NCBI GenBank assembly: GCA_963835065.1
Contig: CAWIEK010000048.1
Span: forward strand, 32,001 to 96,000
Direction: 5' to 3'
DNA length: 64,000 nt
From: an uncultured Chthonomonadaceae bacterium
Lineage (GTDB): Bacteria > Armatimonadota > Chthonomonadetes > Chthonomonadales > Chthonomonadaceae
In this document: one piece after another, positions 35,813-47,666 of the stretch
Layout of the letters: every line of letters begins with the position of its first letter
Position numbering within the stretch: position 1 is the first letter of the stretch
Program-made: the position numbers and the translations under genes
The notes under the pieces: generated by a model
Databases searched by the model: none
The model's input: only the letters and a program-made list of their open reading frames with translations
Told to the model about the DNA's origin: nothing

Positions 35813-36184
35813 TTAGTAACGGTCGCGTCCGCCACCACCGCCGCCGTAGCCGCCCCGGTCGCGTCCGCCACCGCCACTGCCGCCATAACCACCCCCGCCA
35901 CCATAGCCACCGCCACCGCCACCGCGCGGACGATCTTCGCGGGGCTTGGCCTCGTTGACGGTAAGCGTCCGTCCGCCCATCTGTGTGCCGTTGAGGGCGT
36001 TGATCGCGGCTTGCGCTTCCGCGTCATCTTCCATTTCCACAAAGCCGAAGCCTTTGGCCTGGCCGGTGTAGCGGTCTGTAATCACGGACACTTCTTTAAT
36101 CGCGCCCAGTGGAGTAAACAGGTTCTCCAAATCTTCCTCGGTAGCCGAGTAGGGCAGCCCGCCCACGTAAATACGCTTCGCCAT
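35813..36184 (-). CDS. RRM RNA-binding protein with Gly-rich tail
   Basis: RNP2 IYVGGL, RNP1 KGFGFVEM, VNEAKPRE, GGGY repeats. Confidence 0.95.
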   Translation of the reverse strand: MAKRIYVGGLPYSATEEDLENLFTPLGAIKEVSVITDRYTGQAKGFGFVEMEDDAEAQAAINALNGTQMGGRTLTVNEAKPREDRPRGGGGGGYGGGGGYGGSGGGGRDRGGYGGGGGGRDRY

Positions 36185-36530
36185 TGGTTCCAAACTCCTC
36201 TTTCAATACTGCAGCGTAAGTTTTGTGGCTTACGGCTCGCCATCTTCCTTCGACATAGGCCAAAGGGTTGAACTACTATGTCAGTATACAGTGACAAACG
36301 CAGGCTGTCAAGCGGATTTTCAACCTGTGCTTGCATAACATAGCAGATTCTTTGCGATTACGCGCAGGCGAGGAAGGGTTTTAGGGTTTTAGGGTTCTAT
36401 GGTTTTAGGTTCTTAACTTTGTATTAACATCCGTGTGTCATAATGCCCCTGGCGTCGTCTGCCGCAGTTCTCGTTATGTATCCGTCTGCGATTTCCTGCC
36501 ATCTTTATTTGCTGCCGAAAGGTTTTTGAT

Positions 36531-39524
36531 ATGACCACTTCCTTCCGCTTTTGCCGGGGCGTTTTTTCGACTGGCTGCCTGTCCCTGCTTGCCATCGGAA
36601 CCGCTTTCATGGGAGGCGCGGCGGCAATCAAGGCCCAAAAAGCCGTGCCCTATCTCCATGCTCCTTCTGTCACCACGTATGCCAAACACGATCCCAACGG
36701 CCTGACCATTTTGCCCACCGGACGGTATTTGAAACCCGTCGGAAAACATTTGCCGCTTGCCCGCTGGCCGCATGGCCTGACGCTTTCTCCTGATGGCGAA
36801 ACCGTCTTTGTCGCTAGCGCGGGCGTGGGGCAGTTGATTACGGAATGGCAAAGCGACAAGCCAATTGTGACGCCCATTAGGATGGAAGCGTCAGAAAACA
36901 GCGTACCCGGCAGCCGCAGGCGGCGCACCAACACGGGCGCGGCGGTGTTTTCACCGGACGGCAGAACGCTTTATTGGAGCAGCGGCGAAAGCGGCGAGAT
37001 TTACATTGTGGACGTGTCTGCGCATCAAGTGATCGGCAGTATCGCGCTCAACAGCGAACTGAACGGACGCGCCTGGACCGACAGTTTTGCGATGGACATC
37101 AAACTCAATCAAGCGGGAACGTTTTTGTACTGCGCGGACGTGACCAATTTTCGCGTAGCCGTCGTGGATGTGGCGCAACGCAAAGTTGTCGGCGCTGCCG
37201 GCGTGGGGCGCTACCCTTACGCGCTGGCCGTGCAGGGTTCGCGCGTTTACGTCGCCAACATCGGCATGTTCGCGTACAGCCCGGTTCCGCTCCCCACTTC
37301 CGGCGCGTTCGACAAGCGCGGCCTGACCTTTCCGCCCTTCGGCTTTCCGAGCAAAGAAGCGGCGGAAGGCGTGGAGTTCGAGGGACGTTCGATTCCCGGT
37401 TTGGGCGACCCGAACGCGCCCGAATCGTTTTCCGTGTGGGGCGTAGATGTTTCCACGCCCGCGCAGCCGCGCATTATCAGCCGCGCCAAAACCGGCCTGC
37501 TGATCGGCGCTCCTTCCGACAACGGCAAAACGGTCGGCGGCAGCGCGCCCAACTTCCTTGTCATGGGAGCAAACCCTGAAGCAAACCCTGCATTAAAAGT
37601 AATGCATGGACAACAGGGACAAAACGCGCTCCAACAAGCCGGGATAAGCCAGAACACATCAAAGCAAGCCGCGCCACAACAAAACACGCCAAACCAAAAC
37701 GCGCTGTGGATTTCCAACGGCAACAACGACCTTATTGAGCGGCTTGACCTGCAAACCGGGAAAATCACCCGGCGCATCCCCTTGCGGCCTTCCAAGCTGA
37801 CCGCGAAACTGCGCGGCGTCGGGCCGTCCGGCATGGCCGTTTCGCCGGACGGAAGCCGCCTGTATGTGGCCGAGTCGGGCCTGAACGCGATTGGCGTGAT
37901 TGACGCTCACACCGGCAAGGTCATCGGGCATATTCCCACCGCCTGGTATCCCTATCGCGTCGAAGTTTCCCCGGACGGCAAAAAACTGCTGTGCATCTGT
38001 TTTCGCGGCTTCGGCAACGGACCCAATGCCGGCAAATCCAAACCCGACAGCCCCTATCTTGGCTTGAAAGGCGTTCTCACGGTACTGGATGCGCCGACTG
38101 ACGCGGAACTCGCGCCCATGACCCAAAACACGCTCGCTTACAACGGGATCGCAGACCGCAGCGATGACCGCGCCGACCTGTCAACTCCCCTCATTCCCGC
38201 CGTTCCCGGCAAACCCTCCGCGCAAATCAAGTACGTCGTCTTCATCACCAAAGAAAACCACACTTACGACACCATTTTCGACCACATTCCCGGCGCGAAC
38301 GACGATCCCACGCTTTTACGCTGGGGATTGCATCAGACCATCGCCGCGCCCGGACAAGCCACTCTGCAAGACGCGCCCGTAATGACGAACCACAACGCCC
38401 TTGCGCGGCAGTTTACGGTCAGCGACAACTTTTACATGGAACCGGAAGCGTCGGGCGTGGGGCATCGCTGGCTTGTCGGCGTACAGCCGGACAACTTCTG
38501 CCAGATGCTCTATACATTGGGCTGGAGTTTCAAGGCTGACAGTTCGGCTCCGGGCAGGCGCGCGGCCTTCGGCTCCAATGGCTCCCTCGCCCCCGAAGAT
38601 TACCCGGAAGCCGGTTCGATGTGGGAGCATCTCGCGCATTACCACGTTCCGTTCCGCAATTACGGCGAAGGGTTTGAATTTGCGGGCGTGGAAGAAGGCG
38701 ACAACGAACGCCGCACCGGGGCGCGCGAAGTCATCAACATGCCCATGTCAAAGGTTCTTTACGACAACACCTGCCGCGATTACCCCATTTTTAACATGAA
38801 CATCCCCGACCAGTACCGCGCCCACTGGTTCATGCAGGATTTTACGAGGTTGTTTCTGGAGGGAACAGGGGACAGGGGACAGGGAACAGGGAACAGCAGG
38901 AACCCAATCGGCAATCGGCAATCGTCAATCGTCAATCCTAACACCCCGCATTTCATCAATATCGCCCTTTGCAATGATCACGGCACGGGTCCGAACGCGG
39001 CGAAAGGCTATCCGTATGTGGCATCGTGGATGGCGGACAATGATCTGGCGTTAGGGCGGATTGTGGAATTCTTGTCGCATACGCCGTACTGGAAGCAGAT
39101 GGCGATTTTCGTTACGCAGGACGACGCGGGGGGCGAACCGGATCACATAGACGCGCAGCGCAGCGTCCTGCTGTGCATCAGTCCGTGGGCAAAGCGGGGT
39201 TATGTTTCGCACCGGCATACCACCATCGTCAGTATGCACCGCACCCTGTACGAAATTTTGGGACTGCCGCCCCTGAACATGTTTGACGCGCTTGCCAACG
39301 ACTTTTCGGATTGTTTCACAACGACGCCCGATTTTCGCCCCTATACCTGCCTGGGCGTAGACCCGCGCATTTTCGACCCGGAAAAAGCCAAAGACCCCAG
39401 TGACCCGGAGTACAAAAAGGCAGGCCAAACTGCGTCTATCCTGCGCGACGACCCCGATGACGAGGAAGAGAGAGAAGAAGCCTTGCGCAAAACGCAAAAG
39501 CCGGCCAAGCCTGCGCATCCCTGA
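36531..39524 (+). CDS. Secreted YncE-like beta-propeller / phosphoesterase (alkaline phosphatase superfamily) fusion
   Basis: Signal peptide, SPDG blades, KENHTYD, NDH, ADNDLALGRIVE, DDAGGEPDHID. Confidence 0.88.
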   Translation: MTTSFRFCRGVFSTGCLSLLAIGTAFMGGAAAIKAQKAVPYLHAPSVTTYAKHDPNGLTILPTGRYLKPVGKHLPLARWPHGLTLSPDGETVFVASAGVGQLITEWQSDKPIVTPIRMEASENSVPGSRRRRTNTGAAVFSPDGRTLYWSSGESGEIYIVDVSAHQVIGSIALNSELNGRAWTDSFAMDIKLNQAGTFLYCADVTNFRVAVVDVAQRKVVGAAGVGRYPYALAVQGSRVYVANIGMFAYSPVPLPTSGAFDKRGLTFPPFGFPSKEAAEGVEFEGRSIPGLGDPNAPESFSVWGVDVSTPAQPRIISRAKTGLLIGAPSDNGKTVGGSAPNFLVMGANPEANPALKVMHGQQGQNALQQAGISQNTSKQAAPQQNTPNQNALWISNGNNDLIERLDLQTGKITRRIPLRPSKLTAKLRGVGPSGMAVSPDGSRLYVAESGLNAIGVIDAHTGKVIGHIPTAWYPYRVEVSPDGKKLLCICFRGFGNGPNAGKSKPDSPYLGLKGVLTVLDAPTDAELAPMTQNTLAYNGIADRSDDRADLSTPLIPAVPGKPSAQIKYVVFITKENHTYDTIFDHIPGANDDPTLLRWGLHQTIAAPGQATLQDAPVMTNHNALARQFTVSDNFYMEPEASGVGHRWLVGVQPDNFCQMLYTLGWSFKADSSAPGRRAAFGSNGSLAPEDYPEAGSMWEHLAHYHVPFRNYGEGFEFAGVEEGDNERRTGAREVINMPMSKVLYDNTCRDYPIFNMNIPDQYRAHWFMQDFTRLFLEGTGDRGQGTGNSRNPIGNRQSSIVNPNTPHFINIALCNDHGTGPNAAKGYPYVASWMADNDLALGRIVEFLSHTPYWKQMAIFVTQDDAGGEPDHIDAQRSVLLCISPWAKRGYVSHRHTTIVSMHRTLYEILGLPPLNMFDALANDFSDCFTTTPDFRPYTCLGVDPRIFDPEKAKDPSDPEYKKAGQTASILRDDPDDEEEREEALRKTQKPAKPAHP

Positions 39525-39549
39525 CAAACATTGTCTTGCGCAATGTAAG

Positions 39550-39780
39550 TCACTCGTGTGCAGAGGATTTGGAACGCGGCAGGCCGAACTGCTCCCAATT
39601 TTCCAGAAAGCGCATGGCCTGCTGACAGGTTTGGTATGCTTCTATGGCCGCATCGCCGCGTTCGCCCGTAAAGGAAGCCGGCAGGCGTTCCAAGTCGCCG
39701 CGCTCGATGGCTTCGATGTTTTCATGCAGCCAGGTTTTCAGCCTGTCCCATTGTTCTTCTCGCGTCAATGCGTCCGGCAC
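39550..39780 (-). CDS. Small hypothetical protein
   Basis: GAGGAGG SD before a GTG start. Confidence 0.55.
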   Translation of the reverse strand: MPDALTREEQWDRLKTWLHENIEAIERGDLERLPASFTGERGDAAIEAYQTCQQAMRFLENWEQFGLPRSKSSAHE

Positions 39781-39875
39781 GTCAGCCTCCTCATTCCAAA
39801 TTCACATTGAGCCGCCGGGTATGGGCGCACAGGCATTGATAACACCGGCAAAATGCGTCCATTCGTAGCGCAATA

Positions 39876-40646
39876 TCACTTTGTTCCACCCGATGATGGC
39901 CCCTGTGATGCCTGCGTTCGCTGCGGCTCAATGTCGCCCCGGTGCGCCAACCCGTCCGGGCCTGCCGTTGGCTTGGAAAGCGGCTTGCGCGCCAGTTCCT
40001 TCAAGCGTCCCGGCGCAAGGTTACGCCACCAGCGGCGATAAAACTGCCCGATGAGCAGAAACCCCATTTTGCTCCACCAATTGGGAAACAGGCCGACGCG
40101 CCAGTGCGCTTCGATTTTGAACCGCACCTCGCCCGTCGCATGGTTTTTTGTCAGCAGAAACCACTCGAACCCGCGCTCGAAATGGCCTTCCAGCGTATCG
40201 TACCGAAAGCCGAAAACGCTTTCCGCTGCGGTATTCTCTTCCCGCGCATCCATCACGCGCGCCCCGCCCAAAAACCGCAGGCCAAGTACCTTGATTTCCA
40301 GCGCGATGTTACGGCCTATCAGCGGCGATTTCGGGTCAAAATGGCCTACCACAATGCGCGGGTCGGAAAAGTCGTAGTTGAGAATGCCCTGCTTGGCGCG
40401 TTCGAACAATCCATCCACAACCGGAGCGCCCGGCGGCTCGAAACCCAACGAAGACTCCGCGCCGTCTACCGTCCACCCGGCCTCCTCCGTGAGATTTTCC
40501 GGCGGCTCGCCATAGTTGGTTTTCCGCTGCGCCAGTTCGGCGATAAAGGTCCGCAAATAGTCTGAAGGCCAACTGGAGCCAAACCGCCACGGAGCCTGCG
40601 CTTCCCGCTTCGCCAAAGCAGGTTCCCGCGTTTTCACTGGTTGCAC
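39876..40646 (-). CDS. DUF1990-like protein
   Basis: GFRYDTLEGHFERGFEWF motif. Confidence 0.7.
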   Translation of the reverse strand: MQPVKTREPALAKREAQAPWRFGSSWPSDYLRTFIAELAQRKTNYGEPPENLTEEAGWTVDGAESSLGFEPPGAPVVDGLFERAKQGILNYDFSDPRIVVGHFDPKSPLIGRNIALEIKVLGLRFLGGARVMDAREENTAAESVFGFRYDTLEGHFERGFEWFLLTKNHATGEVRFKIEAHWRVGLFPNWWSKMGFLLIGQFYRRWWRNLAPGRLKELARKPLSKPTAGPDGLAHRGDIEPQRTQASQGPSSGGTK

Positions 40647-40823
40647 CGCCGTTCTCCTTATCTCTATCTATACGCCCCATCCGTTCCCTGCTGAGTTCAT
40701 CCCAAAACGCTTGTGCAGGATGCGTGTTTGCACACCTGCATATCTATGCCAACCAATCCCCAATCACCAGCCACCCTTTCGCCGTATGACAGCAATTGTT
40801 CGCGCGTTGTTCCGGCAAAGGAG

Positions 40824-40910
40824 GGAGGGTGTCGGGTGTCGGGCGTTGGGTATTAGGAGAGCCGATTTTCCTAACACCCGATACCCAATACCCGACACCC
40901 GACACCCTCC
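40824..40910. repeat. Heptamer-repeat palindromic element (GGGTGTC arm vs GACACCC arm)
   Basis: Complementary tandem arms at 40824-40858 and 40869-40910. Confidence 0.85.
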
Positions 40911-40983
40911 CCCGGAACTTATCCGCCGCTGCCTGCGTGTATCGTCAGCAAGCGGGGACTAACCACAGGGGAGGCGGGACACT

Positions 40984-41472
40984 ATGGATAAATGGGCGGG
41001 GCGATTGCTGCGCGGTGCGGTTGCGGGACTGGCGGCAAGCACGGTGCAGGTGATTATTGGGAAATTAGAGGAGAAATTGCTGCCGCTGCCTCCTCACGAA
41101 GATGCGGACATTGCGCCGCGTCTGGTCGGGAAGGTTGCGGAAAATGTCGGCATTGAAACCACCAAAGCCACGCGCTGGACATTGGGAACCCTGTTTCACT
41201 TTGGCTATGGCGCGTTATGGGGCATGGGCTATGCCGCCACTGTGGAAAAAATCAGCGAGAAAAGGCCGGTAGACCCGCTGTTGGGCGGAACGCTCTTAGG
41301 CACATTGATTTACGTTATCACATTCCCGAACTGGGGCGGAGCCGTAAAAACGCGCACGGAACGCCCGCCCGAACAGCGCAGTCCGGGCTATCAGCTCATC
41401 ACATGGTCGGTAGCCCTCACGTATGGCATCGCAACCGGGCTGTTTTATGGCCGCCCGCGTTCGCGTTCCTAA
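40984..41472 (+). CDS. Membrane protein (DUF1440-like)
   Basis: GAVAGLAA, HFGYGALWG; several TM helices. Confidence 0.7.
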   Translation: MDKWAGRLLRGAVAGLAASTVQVIIGKLEEKLLPLPPHEDADIAPRLVGKVAENVGIETTKATRWTLGTLFHFGYGALWGMGYAATVEKISEKRPVDPLLGGTLLGTLIYVITFPNWGGAVKTRTERPPEQRSPGYQLITWSVALTYGIATGLFYGRPRSRS

Positions 41473-41609
41473 TGGGGTATTTGCCGGGAAGCATGGAAGT
41501 TCTTGGAATTGTCTGCGGAAACCAACATTAGTTTTGAGCGTATAAACTTCATACACCTACAATGTTCTACCTCTTATGCGGCGAACAAGAGTTTTGGGTA
41601 TGTATGCGA

Positions 41610-44600
41610 ATGAGTTCAAAAGATCGTAAAAACCAGTCGGGTGGCAGCGCGGGCGGCGGTGGGTATGACTACCAAGCGGAGGCATACGCGCTCGTTGCCG
41701 CTAAAATATTGGCTGAAGAGACATTAATTTGGGCGGATACAGGCTGTGATCGTGTTCCTGTATCCGTTCGCGTGGAGTCCGGCACTGGCGGCGATGATCT
41801 GCGTATTTTGCTCCGTAGTGGAAAGCGAATCGAGTTGCAGGCGAAGAGTGGACTACAACGCGGCAGAGATTTGTGGGATGCTCTGCTTGCCCTTGCCCGC
41901 TCTGTCAACCATGATGCAAACACTTATGGCGTGTTGCTCACAAATGGAAGCGCAAGCGGTACGGTCAAAGACGACTTGAAAGAAGGCATTGAACGTATTG
42001 GGCGAAACTTTGAAAATCTTGATGAATTGAGTGCCATCACCCAAGACTTCAGACGCCGCCTGAAAGAGCAGAATTTAGATGCGAGTGTTATCTGCAAACG
42101 CCTGTTTATTCGTGTGTGGGATTTTACCCCCGGTTCCCCAGGTGAAGAGGCAACATTTAGTGCGCTTCGTAAGGTGATAACGCAGCCCGAACAGGCGGGT
42201 GCGGCAAGACGTACTTTCGTCAGTGATGGTTTTGACCTTATCAAACTGCGCGGGAGTAGTGACGCAACGGATTTTGTAAGGCTTCTTCATCAAGATGGCA
42301 TTGCGCTTTCGCACAAGGTAGACAATACGCTTGTTGAACATACTTCTCATGCAAATGGGATTGTGTGGGAAGAGGTCTATCGTGCATTTCTCAAGCGGGC
42401 ATTTGCGGTGTTTCCGTTTCCTAAATTCGTTGAGGCAGGCACGACAGTAGACATTGCTGTCGAGTCACGTGTGATTGCACACATAAGTAAACAAAATGAA
42501 AAGCCAGCCACATTCGCTGATAGTGTCACTGTAGAAATGAACCTGTCTGAGTTTCGTAAACAAGAGGTGTTCGAACCACACTTCGTAGCAGACACGCTGG
42601 CAGAATTGAAGACGCAAGGCAAAGCACAACATCTGGTATTGATGGGAGAAGCCGGTGATGGTAAAACCACGTTGCTTCATAAACTACTGTTGCGGTGGTG
42701 CGATGAGGGAATGACACCACTCTTCATTCGTTCGTCTGACTGGAAGTACATTACCAATCTGGAAACTTGGATAGAGAACGGCGATTATGTACGTGGTAAG
42801 GATATGCCGTCTGAGTTTGGCAAGGCATTACTGGCGCAAATACGTATGGGAAATGCTCCCGTTCTAGTAGATGGTTTTGATGAAGTCCAAGAGCGCAACA
42901 AAGCTATAGGTGAACTTGGCATGTTTGCATCTGGCGCGGGTAAGGACGCCATAATTTTAGTGACATGCCGTACATCTGTTTACCGTAATGCACTCTCCAC
43001 GTTTGCAATACGCAATTTGCATCCTTTAGAAGTAAATGACATACGTGCTTATGTTAAAGCACGTATGTCAGCGGAGGCAGATACATTCCTCGCTGCTGTT
43101 GAGAGTGACCCGCGTACAAAGGCGCTGGCAGGCAACGGGCTTATGCTTGCAATGATGACCCATCTATATTCACGCGGGCATGTTGAATTGCCGGTTTCCA
43201 AAGATGAACTGTACTACCAAATCATTGCCCTGTTTTTAGATAGTCATTCTGATCATGACAGACCATTGCGCCATCTAACAACTACGCCGCTTCAACTCAA
43301 GTTGGAGGCTTTAGAAGAAATTGCCTTCCATACTTATTTTTGCCAGCATCGTAATCAGGAGATGCAGGAACGCTATATCCGTAAATGCCTGCAACGTCTA
43401 GTAATATCAGATAAATGGAAACCTCATTCCTTTCTGACTGATGATATTTTCAACGACATACTGTTGAACAGCGGTTTATTGTTTCAGGAGCATATAGGCG
43501 AACCAATCCGTTTTTTCCACCCGACATTTCAAGAATATTTTGCAGCGCGTTTTGTTGTGTCACGTTGGGAAGAAAACGACTCCGCTTACATCACTTGGCT
43601 ACCTAACCGTAACAGCTGGCAATGGGAGGATGCGACCGCGTTTACTTGTCCGCGACAGTGTGGGGGTACATTGCCAAGTTTCCCTATAATGGCTACAACT
43701 CCCGTTTACTATGAAATGTTACTGTTAATAATTGGGATGCTGAATGATCAGGAGAAAGCAAAGCTATTTCTGTATGGGCTTGCTGATGAAATGCCATTCC
43801 TCTATGGCTGGAGCGATCCACATCAGATACCCCAACGCTACCGTGTCTGGTTTGTAACACGGGGTAGTACGCATCACAGTAATATTGAAATAAATGATGC
43901 TACTAATACAATCCCGCTCCAGTACGACCCTAATCCTGTTAGCTATGTTGAATTATTCACACTACATGATCATATCCAGACACATCTGCATTTTGTATGT
44001 TCTGCTCTCAGCCGCACTATATTTTGCTTTCCTAACCTCTTTTTCAATGTGTACATAGGATTAGAGTTGGTGTCATGGCGACAGGATAGAACGAAAGCTC
44101 TGGCGACGATTGCACAGGCGCGCAACAAGCAGATGCGCGATGCAGCAGTTGCTTCTTATGCGACAATTCTTAGCAGTCAAGATTTACCTGAACAATCATT
44201 GGCTTGTGTGGCACAGGCATTGGGTAAAAGCGAAAATGAGCAAGCGATTACGCTGTTGTTGAAGACATTTATGGATCACCACGAAAATGATGCATTTTGT
44301 AGGATCGTGGCACAAGGGTTAGCCGAGAGTAGCAATGAGCAAGTGTTTATAGCAATGCGAGGTGTATTGGAGGACAGGAAAGAAAACTACGAGTGCCGTA
44401 TCAGGGCACTACATACTCTTGTTAAGATTGATAGTGAACGATCCTCTCCAATTTTGTTGCAAATTTTGCAGAACAATGCAGATGATACACACATTCGCCA
44501 TTTCGCAGCAGAGGGACTGAGCCACAGTAGTTGTGAAGAGGCGGTCGGAGTTTTGACTGATATACTGCAAGATATAGAGGAAGATTTAGGTATCCGTCAC

Positions 44601-45334
44601 GAGGCAGCACATGGCTTAGGTGAGATCGGTAGCAATCAATCTCTCGCAGCATTACGTGGTCTGCTACAAAGCGATAAATCGGATAGAGATATAGACTTTA
44701 CGGCTGCATATTCGCTTGCCCAAGTAGGTGATAGACAAGGTGTCAACGCATTGTTGGAGTTGCTGCACGATGACAGTATCAACGATGTCCATCGTGGGAG
44801 TGCTGCATGGGCGTTGGGCTTATTTGGGGATAGACAGGTATTAACAATTTTACAAAGTGTACTTTGGAACCAGCAAGAAGAGGAGGAAGTTCATCATTGG
44901 GCCATTGAGGGTTTGTGTTACAATGGTAGTGAGCAGTCACAAGAAATATTACTTAACATATTATGTAGTATCCAAGCAAGCGAGAAGGACAGAGAAGTTG
45001 CAGCATGGGCATTAGGGGAAAGCGGCAACGAACAAATAGTGCCAGTTTTACACCAGTTGTTAAAAAATTAAAATGATAACATCGGAGATGCATCAACAGA
45101 GTAGAGGCACTGGCTCATATTGGTAGCAAGTCTGCCGTTGACATACTGAACGATTTGTTCCAAGACGAGAATATTGCTTGGTCGTTACGACATACGGCCT
45201 TATGGCATTTATGGCGGCTCGGCATTCAAGACGCTATGCAGGCGTTAAAAGCATATATAGAGGCCGAAGGTATGGACATAGCTACAAGAAAAACACACAT
45301 GAAAACACTTGTGGAAAATTATGCTTTATACTAA
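41610..45334 (+). CDS. Putative nuclease-NACHT-HEAT repeat protein (ORF stops at 45071; HEAT repeats continue in another frame to 45334)
   Basis: GYDYQ..DDL..ELQAK N-terminus; Walker A GEAGDGKT, Walker [29 protein letters not shown] repeats; AT-rich. Confidence 0.85.
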
Positions 45335-45460
45335 TTTAGCAGATACGATACAACAGAATAATGGTTGTCCTGCCAGCAACTGAAGGTACTTGTATGAGCA
45401 ATGCGAATTTAACTCTGAGCAGCACAACGTGAAGACTATATTCTTCATCAGGAGAGGCGA

Positions 45461-47163
45461 GTGAATGCAAGAATTGGCGCCTTTTTGTCTGGTTTTCTCC
45501 CGCCATTGCTTCTGTTATATTTATCTTTGGCAGCACGGCGGGCGGGCAGGGAGAGGCAGTACAGGCGGGCAGTCCGGCAAAACTTCAACCGCAAAACGCG
45601 CGCCTTGCCTATACCCTCGGCGCGGGCGGACTTGACACGCTTGTTTATAATGGACAAGCGCTGTTGCCGCAAGTTGAGAACGGCCTGCTTCGCGTTGCCG
45701 CCGACCCGGTTTTTCGACGCGCAGACGGCAGCATGTATACCCTTGCGAGTTATACGCCCGTCCGAACCGCCGTAGACGCTGCGCGGCGAACCGTTACGCT
45801 TACTTATGTGTGGGGGGCGATTTCCTGCGCGTATAGTGGCAAGGACGACCGGCTGAATTTCGCGCTCACCCTCCACAACGCCACGCCGGATACCCTGACG
45901 CGCCTGAGCCTGCAAATTCTTCAGCCGGTCTTCCCCACTGTGCCGCAAACTTCCGAACTGGACGCGGGCATGTTCGGCATGGGCGGCGGTTTGCGCCCCC
46001 TCCACGCTTATCCGCTGACGGCCAATCCTCGCGCCGCGCCGCCGCTTTGCCTTGTGGATTACGGCACGGGCGCGCTGGCCTTTTGCAGCGACAACCCGGC
46101 TTCACTCGCGGTTGTGAGCATACCCTACACGACCAATCCGCCCGCTAAAACGCAGTATCCGTTGTGGGTCACGCCGGATGCGATTGCGCCGGGGGCGGGG
46201 GCGCATATCGCCCTTTCCCTGCGGTTCGGGCCGGGTGGCGCAACGGCGAACCTGCTGGCGGGGGATGTTCTTCGTAAATATGCCACTGCGTTTCCGTTTC
46301 AAGTCCATTGGGAGGATCGCCGACCTATCGGAACGCTGTTTTTGTCGAGCGTGGGGCCGCATCCGGCTGCCAATCCGCGCGGCTGGTTCAACAATGACAG
46401 GGATGTGGACGTAACCACGCCGCAGGGTTTGGCAAACTTCCGGCAGAAATTGCTCAAGTATGCCGACGACAGCATCAAAATTCTGAAAGGCATGAACGCG
46501 CAGGGCATGATTACCTGGGACCCGGAGGGGCAGGAGTTCGGGCAGGTCACGTACTACGGCGACCCGCGCCTGGCAAGCCGTTTAGCGCCTGAAACCGAGT
46601 ACAAAGGCGCGGGCATTGCAGGCTGCATGGACGAGTTCTTTCAGAAGTTCCGGGCTGCCGACCTGCGCGTCGGCGTGTGCGTCCGCCCGCAGGAGATCGT
46701 CTTCGATGGCAATACTCCCCGCCAAACCGATTCCGAAAACCCCACTGCCACGCTAAAGCGCAAAATCGCGTATGCCCGCAAGCGCTGGAATTGTACGCTG
46801 TTTTATGTGGATTCAACCGTAAAAGGCGACGCGGCTCTGGATGCGGATGTGTTTCGGCAACTCGGCGCGGCGTTTCCCGATGTTCTGCTGATGCCCGAAA
46901 ACGAAACCCTGCGCTATTTCGCCTACTCCGCGCCCTTAAACTCTTTCCAGCACCACAAAGTAACGTCCACGCCACCCGGCGCGCGCATGGTATACCTTCA
47001 TGCCTTCAGCGTTTTGCTGGCGGGCGAGGGGGATGTGAACGCGCATCGCGCCGAACTCGTGGCGGCAGTGCGGCGCGGCGACATTCTGCTTTTTCACGGC
47101 TGGTGGCCCAACCCCAACAACGCCCTCATCAAAAGCATTTATGAGGAAGCGCGCAACCCCTAG
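45461..47163 (+). CDS. Secreted hypothetical protein, possible glycoside hydrolase-like barrel (frameshift near 45540)
   Basis: Signal peptide in 45461 frame joins the 45664 frame; WDPEG, FYVDS and LMPE acidic motifs. Confidence 0.6.
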
Positions 47164-47174
47164 CGGCAACAGCG

Positions 47175-47540
47175 TCATTTGCGCTTCTTGCCCTGGTTCC
47201 GCTTTTCTCCCAACCCGCTTAAAACCTTCGACACCATCAGTTTGGGCGGGCGCTTATGGGGCAGCGAACCCGGCGCGGCTTCCAGCAGATAGTCAATGCG
47301 CGTGGCGCGGTAGCGGGCGAGAAGCTGCGCGGCATCCATTTCAGGAAGTTCCAAAACGTTGTCGCGCAGGGCGCAGGCGGCGGTTTCCAATCCGGCGGCA
47401 ACCCCGAAAAGCACATTCCGCTTCATCATGTCCTTGTTCTTCGCGCCTTCTTTGCGCAGCGTTTCCGCCAGTTCGTCCAGCAAACGCGCTTGCGCCTGCT
47501 TATTGTTATTATTGCTTTCGGCAGGAGGTTGATCGCTCAT
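47175..47540 (-). CDS. Hypothetical protein
   Basis: GAGG SD; helical ORF. Confidence 0.6.
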   Translation of the reverse strand: MSDQPPAESNNNNKQAQARLLDELAETLRKEGAKNKDMMKRNVLFGVAAGLETAACALRDNVLELPEMDAAQLLARYRATRIDYLLEAAPGSLPHKRPPKLMVSKVLSGLGEKRNQGKKRK

Positions 47541-47666
47541 AAAAGTATCCTCTGTTGTCTTGAACGAAGTTCGCACGAAATTAAGTAAAGGATGGTAATA
47601 TACAGTAAGACAAAATTTTAAGATTGTTATTTTACTCGTTTGTGCTTCCTGAAAAGGAGAAACCTT

